Positions 1 to 9,679 of a DNA stretch of 20,000 nt are shown here, one piece after another. Numbering within the stretch: position 1 is the first letter of the stretch; the number at the start of each line of letters is the position of its first letter. The notes under the pieces were generated by a model that was not told the DNA's origin, did no database searches, and worked only from the letters and a program-made list of their open reading frames with translations. The stretch is taken from the IMG/VR virus record IMGVR_UViG_3300043411_001204; one strand, written 5' to 3'. The DNA comes from an uncultured virus (IMG/VR IMGVR_UViG_3300043411_001204) (lineage: Duplodnaviria; Heunggongvirae; Uroviricota; Caudoviricetes). A program made the position numbers and the translations under genes.

Positions 1-2922
1 ATTGCGAAGGGTCTAATCCCAGGGGAAGTCCTCGTGGTAGGTGAACGCCTTACGGCCCACCCAAAAACCATTGAGGAGCTGTCTGCATTCTCGGTTCAAT
101 ACAACATGAACCGAGCAGCGATCAACGACTTTGCCTCTGGTACTGTTCTCGCAGAGAGGGCAGACCATGTTGTCGTGGAGATTGGCAACAAGATTGTGAA
201 CATCCTTGATCGCTACTACCACACTCTTCTGCAACGGCATGAGTTTGATGGGGTTCAGGTCCATGGAAATACCATCTTGACGGACATTGCAATGTCCGTG
301 TACGCGAACGTAGACGCTAACGGGGAGGTCAAGGATGGCAAAAACCCAAATGAGGTAAGTGCTTACTCTCTGCGCAAAGCTATGCTGGTGATTGAGGCAG
401 TCAAGTTTGGGCCAATCGGTCAAATCATTGACAACCCCGATACTCTCATGAGTATCATTCGCACCGGGCTAAAGGACCTAAGGGACCTAGGCGTAAAGCT
501 AGCAGACTTTGCCGCACCTACAGCTCAACGGATTCGAAGGCTACATCCCAACACATACCGTGAGCCCAAGCGAGTCAAGGACCATGTGTTTGAGGCCTCT
601 CTGGGGTACTTGAGCGACTTGGACCCACGAAACGTAGTGTTTCGTGACAAGCAGCAGATGGCTACCGCAGAAGAGCAGCTGGAAGCCACTTTCAAAAATG
701 AGACTCTAGCTAAGATTGTGGATAGGCTTCAAGACCCGGATTGTTCACCCAATGCCTTGGTCGAATACGTCCTCACCCGTAAGGCAGAGCTTCACAAGTA
801 CTACCAGGAGGTCAACAGCTTCTACGTCTGTAAGATTGGGACTGGTAACCAATTCTCTGGTGAGGCTCCTGGAGGGTTGACTGTGGTCCCAGGAGTAAAG
901 CCTGTCGTCAATATTGACGATGTAGTGGGATCCGGGTTTGACCAGGTAAAGGAGTTCATTCTCCAGATTCGCGAGGGTGCAAAGTGGCATGACTTGTTCC
1001 TGGCTACCTCCCCAAGCAAGAGCGGAGACAAGGCAAATGCCTTACTTATCGGCCCTCAGGGGTGCCACCGCAAGGGTCAGAAAATCTTGATGTTCGATGG
1101 GACCTTGATTCCAGTCGAACAGATCAACGTTGGGGATCGCCTCATGGGTCCGGACAGCACACCTCGGACTGTTTTGAGTCTCCATCGAGGTGTTCAGGAG
1201 ATGGTGGAGATTATTCCAACTAAGGGTGACCCTTGGGTGGTGAACAAGGACCACATGCTTACCCTTGTCCGTCAGGGCCGGAAAAAGCTGAGTGGTGAGG
1301 TTCGCGATGTTACCGTTGCAGCCTATCAAGAATGGTCCCCCTACATGAGGCGGGAATTCAAGCTGTTCCGTACAGGAGTAATCTTCGACACTCAATCAGA
1401 GGCTCTGCCATTGGAGCCATACTTCTTGGGGACCCTTCTTGGGGATGGATCCATTGGGTCTTGTCCTGGACTTACCACAAAAGACCCAGAAATGGTCGAA
1501 GAGGTTTACAGTCAAGCTCAAAACTTTGGACTTAGAGTGTCCCCCTTTCCGGACCCAACATCATCTGCAACAAGGTACTACTTGTCGGGTACCTGCCATC
1601 ACCCAAATCCAATCATGATGGCACTCCGAAGCGTTAACTTGGGGGGTACTTCCACCGCTACGAAGTTCATCCCATACGAGTACAAGACAGCTTCACGAGA
1701 GAGCCGTTTGGAGTTGTTGGCTGGACTTATCGATACCGATGGAAGCTTGTCATGTGGGTGCTACGACTTACAATCTAAGTCTAAGGTCCTTGCTAAAGAT
1801 GCGACATTTGTGGCTCGTAGTCTTGGATTTGCCGCTTACTTAAATCAGTTCCAACGTACAGACACAGACGGCATTCAGCGGATCTACTACAGGGTAAAAA
1901 TCTCTGGAGAGGTAAGCCAGATCCCAGTACGACTTCCGCACAAAAAGGCTCCTGACCGTAAGCAAATCAAGAATGTGCTTAGAACTGGACTAAAGACTCG
2001 TAATCTCCCACCTGAGGAGTACTTTGGGTTTACTCTTGACGGGGATCATCGTTACTTGCTTGACGACTTTACTGTAACTCACAACTGCGGTAAGAGCGAG
2101 GTACTCCGAGCCATGGGTGGAGACAGGCAAAACATCGGTATCTACGCTCAACCCTCCGATTTTCTTACGTGTTGGAAAGGAGAAAGTGAGAAGAACCCAA
2201 AGCGTCTCTTTGAGGCAGCACTCAAGCTCCAGAAAGACTCTGGAAAGCAGGTCTTCATCCTGATTGATGAGGTGGACACCATCCTCAATGACGACCATGC
2301 GCGTGGAGGTTTCGGGTCTACGAACCTGACAACCGAGTTCCAACAACTGATGGATGGTATCCTACGATACCCTAACATTGCTGTTTGGAGTGCGACGAAC
2401 CACCCGGAACGTATCCCAATGCCTATGATTCGACGCTTCTCGAAAGTTGCTGTTGTAGGCGAGCTAAACCAAGCGGATAGGGTGAAGCTATTGAAGCACT
2501 TCACTGGGTTTGTGCCTATCTCCCATGAGTTCCCTGAGGCAGCTTGGGAAGACGCTGCTACTCTTCTTGAGGGGGCCGTAGGAGACACCCTCCGTAAGGT
2601 TGCCGACCACATTTGGCGGGAGAAGATGTCCGACCTAGTACGGAATCACCCGCGAGTTGCAGAGAAAATTATCGCGAAGTTGACTCAGGATGGGGCCAAA
2701 AAGTTCCAGGTCTCTCAACTCACAAAAGAGATGAGAGCCGATATCCATAAGGATATGCGTCCTTTCGTCGAAGTGACGGCTGAGGACCTCATTGCCTCTA
2801 CAGCTATCCACCTAGACAACATTGCAATTCGCACGGAGATAGCGACAGCAGTAGAGACTTACGAGCGTTCGAAGCTATTCCTTGCTGGGATTAAGTCCCA
2901 TGTGGCTACACGAGTCTCTTGA
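1..2922 (+). CDS. Classical-clade AAA+ ATPase (Cdc48/PAN/FtsH-like module) with a large unknown N-terminal region and an intein; 5'-truncated
   Basis: Frame is open from base 1 (IAKGLIPGEVL...). After intein removal Walker A reads GPQG|CGKS. Pore-loop SDFLTCWKGESEKN, Walker B VFILIDEVD, second region of homology SATNHPERIPMPMIRRF. Confidence 0.88.
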   Translation: MAKGLIPGEVLVVGERLTAHPKTIEELSAFSVQYNMNRAAINDFASGTVLAERADHVVVEIGNKIVNILDRYYHTLLQRHEFDGVQVHGNTILTDIAMSVYANVDANGEVKDGKNPNEVSAYSLRKAMLVIEAVKFGPIGQIIDNPDTLMSIIRTGLKDLRDLGVKLADFAAPTAQRIRRLHPNTYREPKRVKDHVFEASLGYLSDLDPRNVVFRDKQQMATAEEQLEATFKNETLAKIVDRLQDPDCSPNALVEYVLTRKAELHKYYQEVNSFYVCKIGTGNQFSGEAPGGLTVVPGVKPVVNIDDVVGSGFDQVKEFILQIREGAKWHDLFLATSPSKSGDKANALLIGPQGCHRKGQKILMFDGTLIPVEQINVGDRLMGPDSTPRTVLSLHRGVQEMVEIIPTKGDPWVVNKDHMLTLVRQGRKKLSGEVRDVTVAAYQEWSPYMRREFKLFRTGVIFDTQSEALPLEPYFLGTLLGDGSIGSCPGLTTKDPEMVEEVYSQAQNFGLRVSPFPDPTSSATRYYLSGTCHHPNPIMMALRSVNLGGTSTATKFIPYEYKTASRESRLELLAGLIDTDGSLSCGCYDLQSKSKVLAKDATFVARSLGFAAYLNQFQRTDTDGIQRIYYRVKISGEVSQIPVRLPHKKAPDRKQIKNVLRTGLKTRNLPPEEYFGFTLDGDHRYLLDDFTVTHNCGKSEVLRAMGGDRQNIGIYAQPSDFLTCWKGESEKNPKRLFEAALKLQKDSGKQVFILIDEVDTILNDDHARGGFGSTNLTTEFQQLMDGILRYPNIAVWSATNHPERIPMPMIRRFSKVAVVGELNQADRVKLLKHFTGFVPISHEFPEAAWEDAATLLEGAVGDTLRKVADHIWREKMSDLVRNHPRVAEKIIAKLTQDGAKKFQVSQLTKEMRADIHKDMRPFVEVTAEDLIASTAIHLDNIAIRTEIATAVETYERSKLFLAGIKSHVATRVS
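1063..2085 (+). mobile_element. Intein (341 aa) with LAGLIDADG homing endonuclease, inserted in the Walker A loop
   Basis: Starts CHRKGQKILMFDG (block A). Block B WVVNKDHML. Endonuclease motifs PYFLGTLLGDGS and LLAGLIDTDGS. Ends YFGFTLDGDHRYLLDDFTVTHN followed by Cys(+1). Confidence 0.96.
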
Positions 2923-3661
2923 GGGCCTCGAACTTCTCCGGGCACTTTCTCTTCAGCTCCTGTGGCTCTTCAATGTAGGCCCGGAAACTCTCCGCCACAT
3001 CCTCTACGCCTGGCTTATGCTCGGCGTAGTCTGAGATGAATGGAGGGCTACCCCAGGGAGGACCGTCAACCCGGTGTGTCTCCTCGAAGGCATGACCCAA
3101 CTCATGAGTAAGTTGGGTCGTCCTAACCTTAGCGTCATAGCTTTTGTGGATCGAGAGATGCATCACTCCACCAGACCGCCAAGAGGCGTCCTCGGAACCC
3201 ATAGGACCGCCAAGGTGAATCTTCTTGACAGACTGGGACCAAACCTGACGAGCCTTGGGCTTGAGCTTCTTGAACCCCGCAACCCACCCCGAGACAGCCT
3301 TCCCAGCCTCGGGGTCATTCTCGAATTTCATGTCTGGGACAACGCTGATTCCCATTTCTCGACCCATAGCTAGGAAGGCATCTACGAAGTCAACAGATTT
3401 CGTAGTTTTCGGGGCCTTAACCTTTGCAGTCTCAACGAGAGTAACCTCATCCTCGTCTACGCCTCGCGAGCGAAGGTACTCCCCCAGCTCTGTGACAGGG
3501 AACGGAGCAATGGCTTCATTCCGTAGAGACCGAACGAGCTGTTGAAGGCGAGTCTTTGCATCCGGGGCTGCGTTGGCATCAAGTACTTTGATGATAGCCT
3601 CCAGATGCTCCGGAGTAACGTCCTGAGAGGCCGCAAATCTCGTAGCGACCCGCAGCGCCAT
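2906..3661 (-). CDS. Zincin-like metallopeptidase domain protein with N-terminal RVATRFAA leader
   Basis: LTHELGHAF (HExxH) followed by ISDYA...EDVAESF...Y, a pattern typical of phage zincin domains. Start placed at ATG 3661 (MALRVATRF); the ORF track extends to 3793. Confidence 0.72.
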   Translation of the reverse strand: MALRVATRFAASQDVTPEHLEAIIKVLDANAAPDAKTRLQQLVRSLRNEAIAPFPVTELGEYLRSRGVDEDEVTLVETAKVKAPKTTKSVDFVDAFLAMGREMGISVVPDMKFENDPEAGKAVSGWVAGFKKLKPKARQVWSQSVKKIHLGGPMGSEDASWRSGGVMHLSIHKSYDAKVRTTQLTHELGHAFEETHRVDGPPWGSPPFISDYAEHKPGVEDVAESFRAYIEEPQELKRKCPEKFEALKRLV

Positions 3662-3785
3662 GTAGTCTTCTCTAGAGTTCAAAGAAGTAGTCCCTGTGTG
3701 TGGATGGTTACCTTTGCCTTCGTATAAGTTCCTTCCTCCTGCCCCTCCGCTTGGATAGTCTATTGGTGCAAGTTCAATACTCGAA

Positions 3786-4061
3786 ATGACCAATCGAAAA
3801 AAACAGGCACTTGCAGATAGAGATCACGTCTACCAGGCGTTGGATGACCTCGTAGACAGCTTTTTGGTGTATGATCGTAGAGAGGACGAAGAGCTTCCTC
3901 AAGGGGTCATAGAGCGACTTATCGCGAAGGATGCTATGTCTATCGACGACCTAGTGGACCGGTTTCGTGAGGGGCTGGAAGGGCACCTGGAGTCTATCGA
4001 ACCAGAAGACGAAGAAGAAGAAGAAGAAGAAGAGTACTTAGAGGAAGGGTACGATGGATGA
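3786..4061 (+). CDS. Small acidic hypothetical phage protein
   Basis: 91-aa ORF with FLVYDRREDEELP core and poly-Glu tail; overlaps the start of the next gene. Confidence 0.75.
   Translation: MTNRKKQALADRDHVYQALDDLVDSFLVYDRREDEELPQGVIERLIAKDAMSIDDLVDRFREGLEGHLESIEPEDEEEEEEEEYLEEGYDG
4011..4034 (+). repeat. (GAA)7GAG trinucleotide run encoding poly-Glu
   Basis: Directly visible gaagaagaagaagaagaagaagag. Confidence 0.9.
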
Positions 4062-4338
4062 CAAGGTATTCGCTCTCTGTTTAGACGCAATCGTTAGTGA
4101 AGTAGCCGCTCAAGGCCTGGCGATCGAGAAAATCAAAGTCAGCCCTGAGGTGTATCGCCAACATGGGCACCTACGGTACGACCTAGCGGTCAACAACCAA
4201 CTCCAGGGTTATGTCGTACAAGTGCAGCTAGTTAAGGGTGTACTAGATCTAACGATTGAGGAAGCCACCATACCCACACTAGACCTTTTACAGGTCGTTG
4301 AGACCTATGAGGTCCGTAGTCGATTTGATCGTTTATAG
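4054..4338 (+). CDS. Hypothetical protein ending in SRFDRL
   Basis: 94-aa ORF, purine-rich GAGGAAGGG upstream, start overlaps the end of the previous gene. Confidence 0.72.
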   Translation: MDDKVFALCLDAIVSEVAAQGLAIEKIKVSPEVYRQHGHLRYDLAVNNQLQGYVVQVQLVKGVLDLTIEEATIPTLDLLQVVETYEVRSRFDRL

Positions 4339-4353
4339 CTTGGGGTAGGTATG
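4333..4353 (+). promoter_or_regulatory. TTAT-N12-GT-ATG upstream element, copy 1 (candidate late promoter)
   Basis: TTATagcttggggtagGTATG; identical spacing at 7368, 11383(-) and 17020(-). Confidence 0.55.
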
Positions 4354-5079
4354 GTACTACAGCTCCCCCCAAATGCCGGTCCTGCAAGAGACCAAGCGAT
4401 CCTACACTACGTGCTTGGTAACAACTACGAGCACGAGTGGGCAGTAATTAACTCAACTCACGAAGGGCGGACCGCTGAGTTTTGGGTTTCCTCAGACGCC
4501 CTTAAAGTAGAGGGTGTGCGTGTCAACCTAAATGCACGCTTGCAGCAGTCTATTGCAGACTTCCTCGATGGGTCTCTACTGACAGCTAAGTTGTACGACC
4601 TCATGTGGGCGCAGAGGGAGATTACTATCCCGCCCTTCCCGAGGTCTATAACATCAAGCACGGAGGCTATGCTAAAGCACTCCCTTGCTATTGACACCTA
4701 CCTAAGTAATAGGTTCGATTCCTTAGGGGATGGAGTCAAGTCTACCGTAGGGAAAACCTGGATCATAGACAACAGTGTTAGTGCTAAGAGGGCCATGAAC
4801 TATGGCTGGCACTTTCAGGGGTCCAGTTTCCAAGGCATCAAAGGCGAGCTTACAGCGTCCAACCTAAAGGATGAGGCTGGGAATCTTGTGCGCCTTATCC
4901 AAGGCAGGGGGACGCGTCATGGGCCAGAGCATGACGATTACAGCCAAGTTGGGTTGTTTGTATCTAGGGAGTGCCGAGTCGATGGTCAGGTCTTCGACCT
5001 ACATGACCTTCTTACCTCCCCTACCTTAGCCCCACTGGCAAGTCATCAAGGCGTTGTCCGAGTTCTTCGGCAACCCTAA
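4351..5079 (+). CDS. Conserved-looking hypothetical protein with NYGWH...IQ...H...DYSQ motifs (possible hydrolase)
   Basis: 242-aa ORF. The motif set resembles, from recollection and unverified, an uncharacterised bacterial family. Confidence 0.7.
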   Translation: MVLQLPPNAGPARDQAILHYVLGNNYEHEWAVINSTHEGRTAEFWVSSDALKVEGVRVNLNARLQQSIADFLDGSLLTAKLYDLMWAQREITIPPFPRSITSSTEAMLKHSLAIDTYLSNRFDSLGDGVKSTVGKTWIIDNSVSAKRAMNYGWHFQGSSFQGIKGELTASNLKDEAGNLVRLIQGRGTRHGPEHDDYSQVGLFVSRECRVDGQVFDLHDLLTSPTLAPLASHQGVVRVLRQP

Positions 5080-5092
5080 AGGAGAGTCCTGG

Positions 5093-5668
5093 ATGTTGGT
5101 AGTTACTCCTCGGGTAGAGATGCGTCCGCTTACAAGTGAGCGACTGCAACTCTCTCCCCTATGTACCCGAGACACCGCAGGAATGTTTGAGGGGGTGGAG
5201 GCTTCTCGTAACTACCTCAAACCCTGGCTACCATGGGTTCCATTTGTCTACGACTTCGACTCAACGCTACGTTACATAGAATCCAGTATGTCCGACTGGG
5301 ACTCTGGAACGGCATACCGCCTATCTATTCACGAGCGTAGTACCGATAGGTTTCTTGGAGTTGTCGGTCTTGAGGGGGTCTCCCACATGCACGATAACGT
5401 AGAGCTAGGCTACTGGGTCAGATCAGATGTAGCTAGTCAAGGATATACCACTGAGGCCGCAAGTCTAATTCTACCGTGGTCATTTTCAGCTCGGGTCCAC
5501 AGGATTAGAGTTGCAGCTGCTACAACGAACCTAGCTTCCTTACGAGTGATACGTAAGTTGGGGTTCCATCATGAGGGGGTCTCCCGTGATGCCGAGCGTT
5601 GTAATGGCAAGTGGCTAGACCACGAAGTGTTCTCGTTGCTTAAGACGGACTGGGACCTGAAGCCTTAA
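5093..5668 (+). CDS. GNAT N-acetyltransferase, RimJ/RimL family
   Basis: SRNYLKPWLPWV, ELGYWV...QGYTTEAA, NLASLRVIRKLGFHHEG, GKWLDHEVFSLL. AAGGAG 8 nt before ATG 5093. Confidence 0.92.
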   Translation: MLVVTPRVEMRPLTSERLQLSPLCTRDTAGMFEGVEASRNYLKPWLPWVPFVYDFDSTLRYIESSMSDWDSGTAYRLSIHERSTDRFLGVVGLEGVSHMHDNVELGYWVRSDVASQGYTTEAASLILPWSFSARVHRIRVAAATTNLASLRVIRKLGFHHEGVSRDAERCNGKWLDHEVFSLLKTDWDLKP

Positions 5669-6836
5669 GCCCTGCTTTGGTTGAGGTGACTCCCTCAAGG
5701 AGTTTCTTCATCAACTTAATGCTAGCGAGTACCTCTTCCGTGGTGTCACCACTTTGCAGGCGAAGAGCAATCTCCCTCACGTAGTCTTGAGATAGCCCTT
5801 CAGAGGCTAGTACAAAAGAGTCGATATCCCACTGCATCGGGGTATCCTTCAAGTACCCTGAAAGAAGACTTTTACGCTCTTCGGTGGCTGGGAGAGGGAA
5901 TTCGAACCATGTATCTACGCGACCAGGGCGTAGGAGCCCAGCATCGAAAGAGTCTGTTGTGTTTGAGGTCAAGATTACTGAGGTTTTGGGGTGGTCAATC
6001 TTAAACTTCTGAAGGAGGTCAAGGACTGTAGGCATGACCTTGGACAGGTCCGCCTTATCCAGATCATCGATGATTAGGAATTCTGGGTTCAGGCCATCCA
6101 GCAGAAATGACATCGCCTGCACCTCACAGTAAGCTAGGGTAGATGCATCGAACTTGAGAATACGACTACCTAATCTAGAGGCGAATTCCATTGCGAATGA
6201 TGTCTTACCTGTACCTGGGGGCCCAAAAAACATGTAGGACCTTGGCACTCCTTGCGCTACCCAGGCTCGATGCCGCTGCACCCTTTTCTGCATTTGCACC
6301 TCAGCGTCACCATACAACGGGCTACCGAACACTCCAAAGCTTGTAAACTTGTGATCGATGCGACCTGACAAGTTCACTGCGGACACATGGATTCGACCGT
6401 CATAGACGCTCCACATCTTGTCGAACGCTTCCTCGAACACAAACCCCTTGGAGTGGTAGAACGTAGGCTCCTTTCTACCATCGCTATATTGGTACTCTAG
6501 AAAGAACAGGCGCCCATGCGTTGGAGAGGTTGCCTCAATTACATCTAGGTAGTCGGTAATCCCGTACTTGTGCACATGGAACTCGTCTTTGAGCTTGGTG
6601 TCGAAGAACAAGCTCACAAATTGAGCATTCGTAGTTGAGTCAAGGTTGTACTTCTGAACGAGAGTTGCAGCTCCACGGTTTTTCCCAGGGTTGACCGCGT
6701 CTTCGATAATGTCAATCAGCGAAAGGCACTTTACAAAAGTAGTAAAGGCAGAGTCCTCGCTTTTTGGTAGCTTATCTGCTACCGCAGTAGCTACCTTGAG
6801 GCCTAGTCGAATACGATGGAAAAACTCTAAGTTCAT
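5640..6836 (-). CDS. AAA+ ATPase with unknown N-terminal domain
   Basis: Walker A GPPGTGKT, Walker B LIIDDLD, second region of homology TSNTTDSFDAGLLRPGRVD. Confidence 0.9.
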   Translation of the reverse strand: MNLEFFHRIRLGLKVATAVADKLPKSEDSAFTTFVKCLSLIDIIEDAVNPGKNRGAATLVQKYNLDSTTNAQFVSLFFDTKLKDEFHVHKYGITDYLDVIEATSPTHGRLFFLEYQYSDGRKEPTFYHSKGFVFEEAFDKMWSVYDGRIHVSAVNLSGRIDHKFTSFGVFGSPLYGDAEVQMQKRVQRHRAWVAQGVPRSYMFFGPPGTGKTSFAMEFASRLGSRILKFDASTLAYCEVQAMSFLLDGLNPEFLIIDDLDKADLSKVMPTVLDLLQKFKIDHPKTSVILTSNTTDSFDAGLLRPGRVDTWFEFPLPATEERKSLLSGYLKDTPMQWDIDSFVLASEGLSQDYVREIALRLQSGDTTEEVLASIKLMKKLLEGVTSTKAGLKASGPSPS

Positions 6837-7360
6837 GTGATAAGTACCCCTGTCTCTGTTATGTAGTCTTTGGCGCTTAGGGCGGATAGTACACTAGAGT
6901 TCATCGTAAAGCCTGTCCCCTTTTGGGTGGCGTAGCGATTTACAGTGTGCTCCTTGTGTCCATCTCGGTAGGTGCGAGAGGGTAACCTTCGGACAGCGAT
7001 TGTGTGGACCTGCGACCCTGAACCAGATTCCCCAAAGTATGGTAGGAGCGTCATCGCGAGTACCCCACTTTTCTGTAACAGGTACTGGTCTATCTCACTT
7101 ATGGGGGCTGTCGGATTCAAGTTACTTTCTAGGGGTGTGCCGTTCTGAATGAAGTCTCCTAAGAGGTACAACCCTAGGTCAAAGGTTGGAGCAAGTACTA
7201 CACTTGAGCCGAGACTGAACTTCAGGATATTGTGTACCGCCCGAACGTCGAGCACTAGGTTGCGGGATAAGACTACGGCACTAAGGTCAGGAAAAATTCG
7301 GTCGAATCTAGACTGCGTATCTTCCACCTCTAGGTCCAACGTCCAGGTGTAACGATCCAT
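6833..7360 (-). CDS. Hypothetical protein (SRFDRI near N-terminus)
   Basis: Start placed at ATG 7360 (MDRYTW) to avoid overlap with the divergent gene. Its stop overlaps the ATG of the AAA gene (ATGA coupling). Confidence 0.68.
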   Translation of the reverse strand: MDRYTWTLDLEVEDTQSRFDRIFPDLSAVVLSRNLVLDVRAVHNILKFSLGSSVVLAPTFDLGLYLLGDFIQNGTPLESNLNPTAPISEIDQYLLQKSGVLAMTLLPYFGESGSGSQVHTIAVRRLPSRTYRDGHKEHTVNRYATQKGTGFTMNSSVLSALSAKDYITETGVLIT

Positions 7361-7367
7361 CTTCTTC

Positions 7368-7388
7368 TTATTCCAGTGGTGAAGTATG
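7368..7388 (+). promoter_or_regulatory. TTAT-N12-GT-ATG upstream element, copy 2
   Basis: TTATtccagtggtgaaGTATG. Confidence 0.55.
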
Positions 7389-8303
7389 CCAAGTATCTTG
7401 ACTAGAGTAGTACACCGGTATGCCGCAGCCACCAAGGTGGTGGTAGACCTACAGGCTACTCTTCAAGCTCGCAGCAAGTACTCGATGTTTTCGGATCTAA
7501 TCATCGGCAAGTTCGACAGCACAACGACCATGTATCGAGTATTTGACGAGGTAGAGCTTGGACACATCCTAGCTTCCGGAAGGATCACGGGAGGGAACTA
7601 CTCTGTAAAGGCTGAGCGAGACCATGGGGCAAGTTGGGGGTCGAACATCAACGAAGTCATTCCTTGGGGGTTACGACAACTAGGGGGGCGTCTTGGACAA
7701 GAACTATACCTAGCCAAGTTGGATGCCTTTGACGTGAGTTTTATGCACCTAGACCCAGGAGTGGCGATTGACCCCAATGGAGCCCCAGAGCAGACCATTG
7801 TGTTTGATACTAGTAGGTGTAATACAGGCCTAGGGTGCTCCCTCATCAACGTCAAGTTAGAGGATGTTGACATATTCAAGGTGAACTCACAAGGTCAGAT
7901 CCAACGGCAAAGCATCGCGGAGCTTAAGGCTGGATTGAAGACCAAAGAAGAAGTGCCCAAGGAAGCTCCCACAGAAGACATACCTGTAATCAATGACAAA
8001 CTGAGGGACCCTACCTGGGAGCTGCAACCGAAAGCAAAGGTCATTGTAACAAAGGGGTCCACACCGCTAGGAATTGGAGTGCGAGCTACAGCTCAGGTTG
8101 TAGATGTATGGCAGCGTGTTGTGGGAGGTAAGCCTGAAAAGGAAGTCATGGTAAGGCTGCAATTCGTGTATCCCAGGAAGACCCCTGACAAGTGGACCCG
8201 AGAGCCAATCACCCTATACGCGACACATGCAAACAGACTGAAAGACCGTGAGATAGCTCTTCTAGACAGTCGAGGAAGTCGGGTGCTGATCAAGAAGCGC
8301 TAG
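7386..8303 (+). CDS. Hypothetical two-domain protein with RVVHRYAA leader; possible ADP-ribosyltransferase-like N-terminal domain
   Basis: 305-aa ORF. MYRVFDEVELGHILASGRI loosely resembles the first strand/helix of ART-fold proteins (weak inference). A charged linker precedes a basic C-terminal domain. Confidence 0.7.
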   Translation: MPSILTRVVHRYAAATKVVVDLQATLQARSKYSMFSDLIIGKFDSTTTMYRVFDEVELGHILASGRITGGNYSVKAERDHGASWGSNINEVIPWGLRQLGGRLGQELYLAKLDAFDVSFMHLDPGVAIDPNGAPEQTIVFDTSRCNTGLGCSLINVKLEDVDIFKVNSQGQIQRQSIAELKAGLKTKEEVPKEAPTEDIPVINDKLRDPTWELQPKAKVIVTKGSTPLGIGVRATAQVVDVWQRVVGGKPEKEVMVRLQFVYPRKTPDKWTREPITLYATHANRLKDREIALLDSRGSRVLIKKR

Positions 8304-8308
8304 GTAGG

Positions 8309-8350
8309 CTACACCGTTTTTCTCTAGCTCTGGGTTGAAAATCGGTGTAG
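8309..8350. repeat. 14-bp inverted repeat (1 mismatch) carrying CGGTGTAG on both strands
   Basis: ctacaccgtttttc (8309-8322) and gaaaatcggtgtag (8337-8350), intergenic. Confidence 0.75.
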
Positions 8351-8385
8351 AGGTAGAGGCTACCCTTTAACCCAGAGCGTAAAAA

Positions 8386-9540
<1,155 letters not shown>

Positions 9541-9575
9541 CCAGTCTTGATCTGGAGAAAGCCTAGGTTACGGGT

Positions 9576-9663
9576 TGCTGTGTGGGTAAGTGTTAGCATT
9601 CTCATGTTAACACTTACCGTAAATGTGGCCTTCGAGTTGATACGTTGGGTGTCTAGCACAGCG
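9576..9663 (+). other. Structured intergenic element (15-bp hairpin enclosed by an outer stem)
   Basis: ggtaagtgttagcat-tctc-atgttaacacttacc (9585-9618, one G:U pair). Outer tgctgtgt (9576-9583) pairs with gcacagcg (9656-9663). Confidence 0.55.
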
Positions 9664-9679
9664 CAAAGTAAGGACGTAC

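Noticed and set aside
13..2612. Antisense and alternative-frame ORFs inside the AAA/intein gene (and similar shadow ORFs elsewhere, e.g. 16583-17020, 17468-17776)
   Set aside because: They lie wholly or almost wholly within well-supported genes and show no recognisable motifs.
3662..3793. N-terminal extension of the metallopeptidase ORF to 3793
   Set aside because: It overlaps the divergent gene start and looks like intergenic sequence; ATG 3661 is more plausible.
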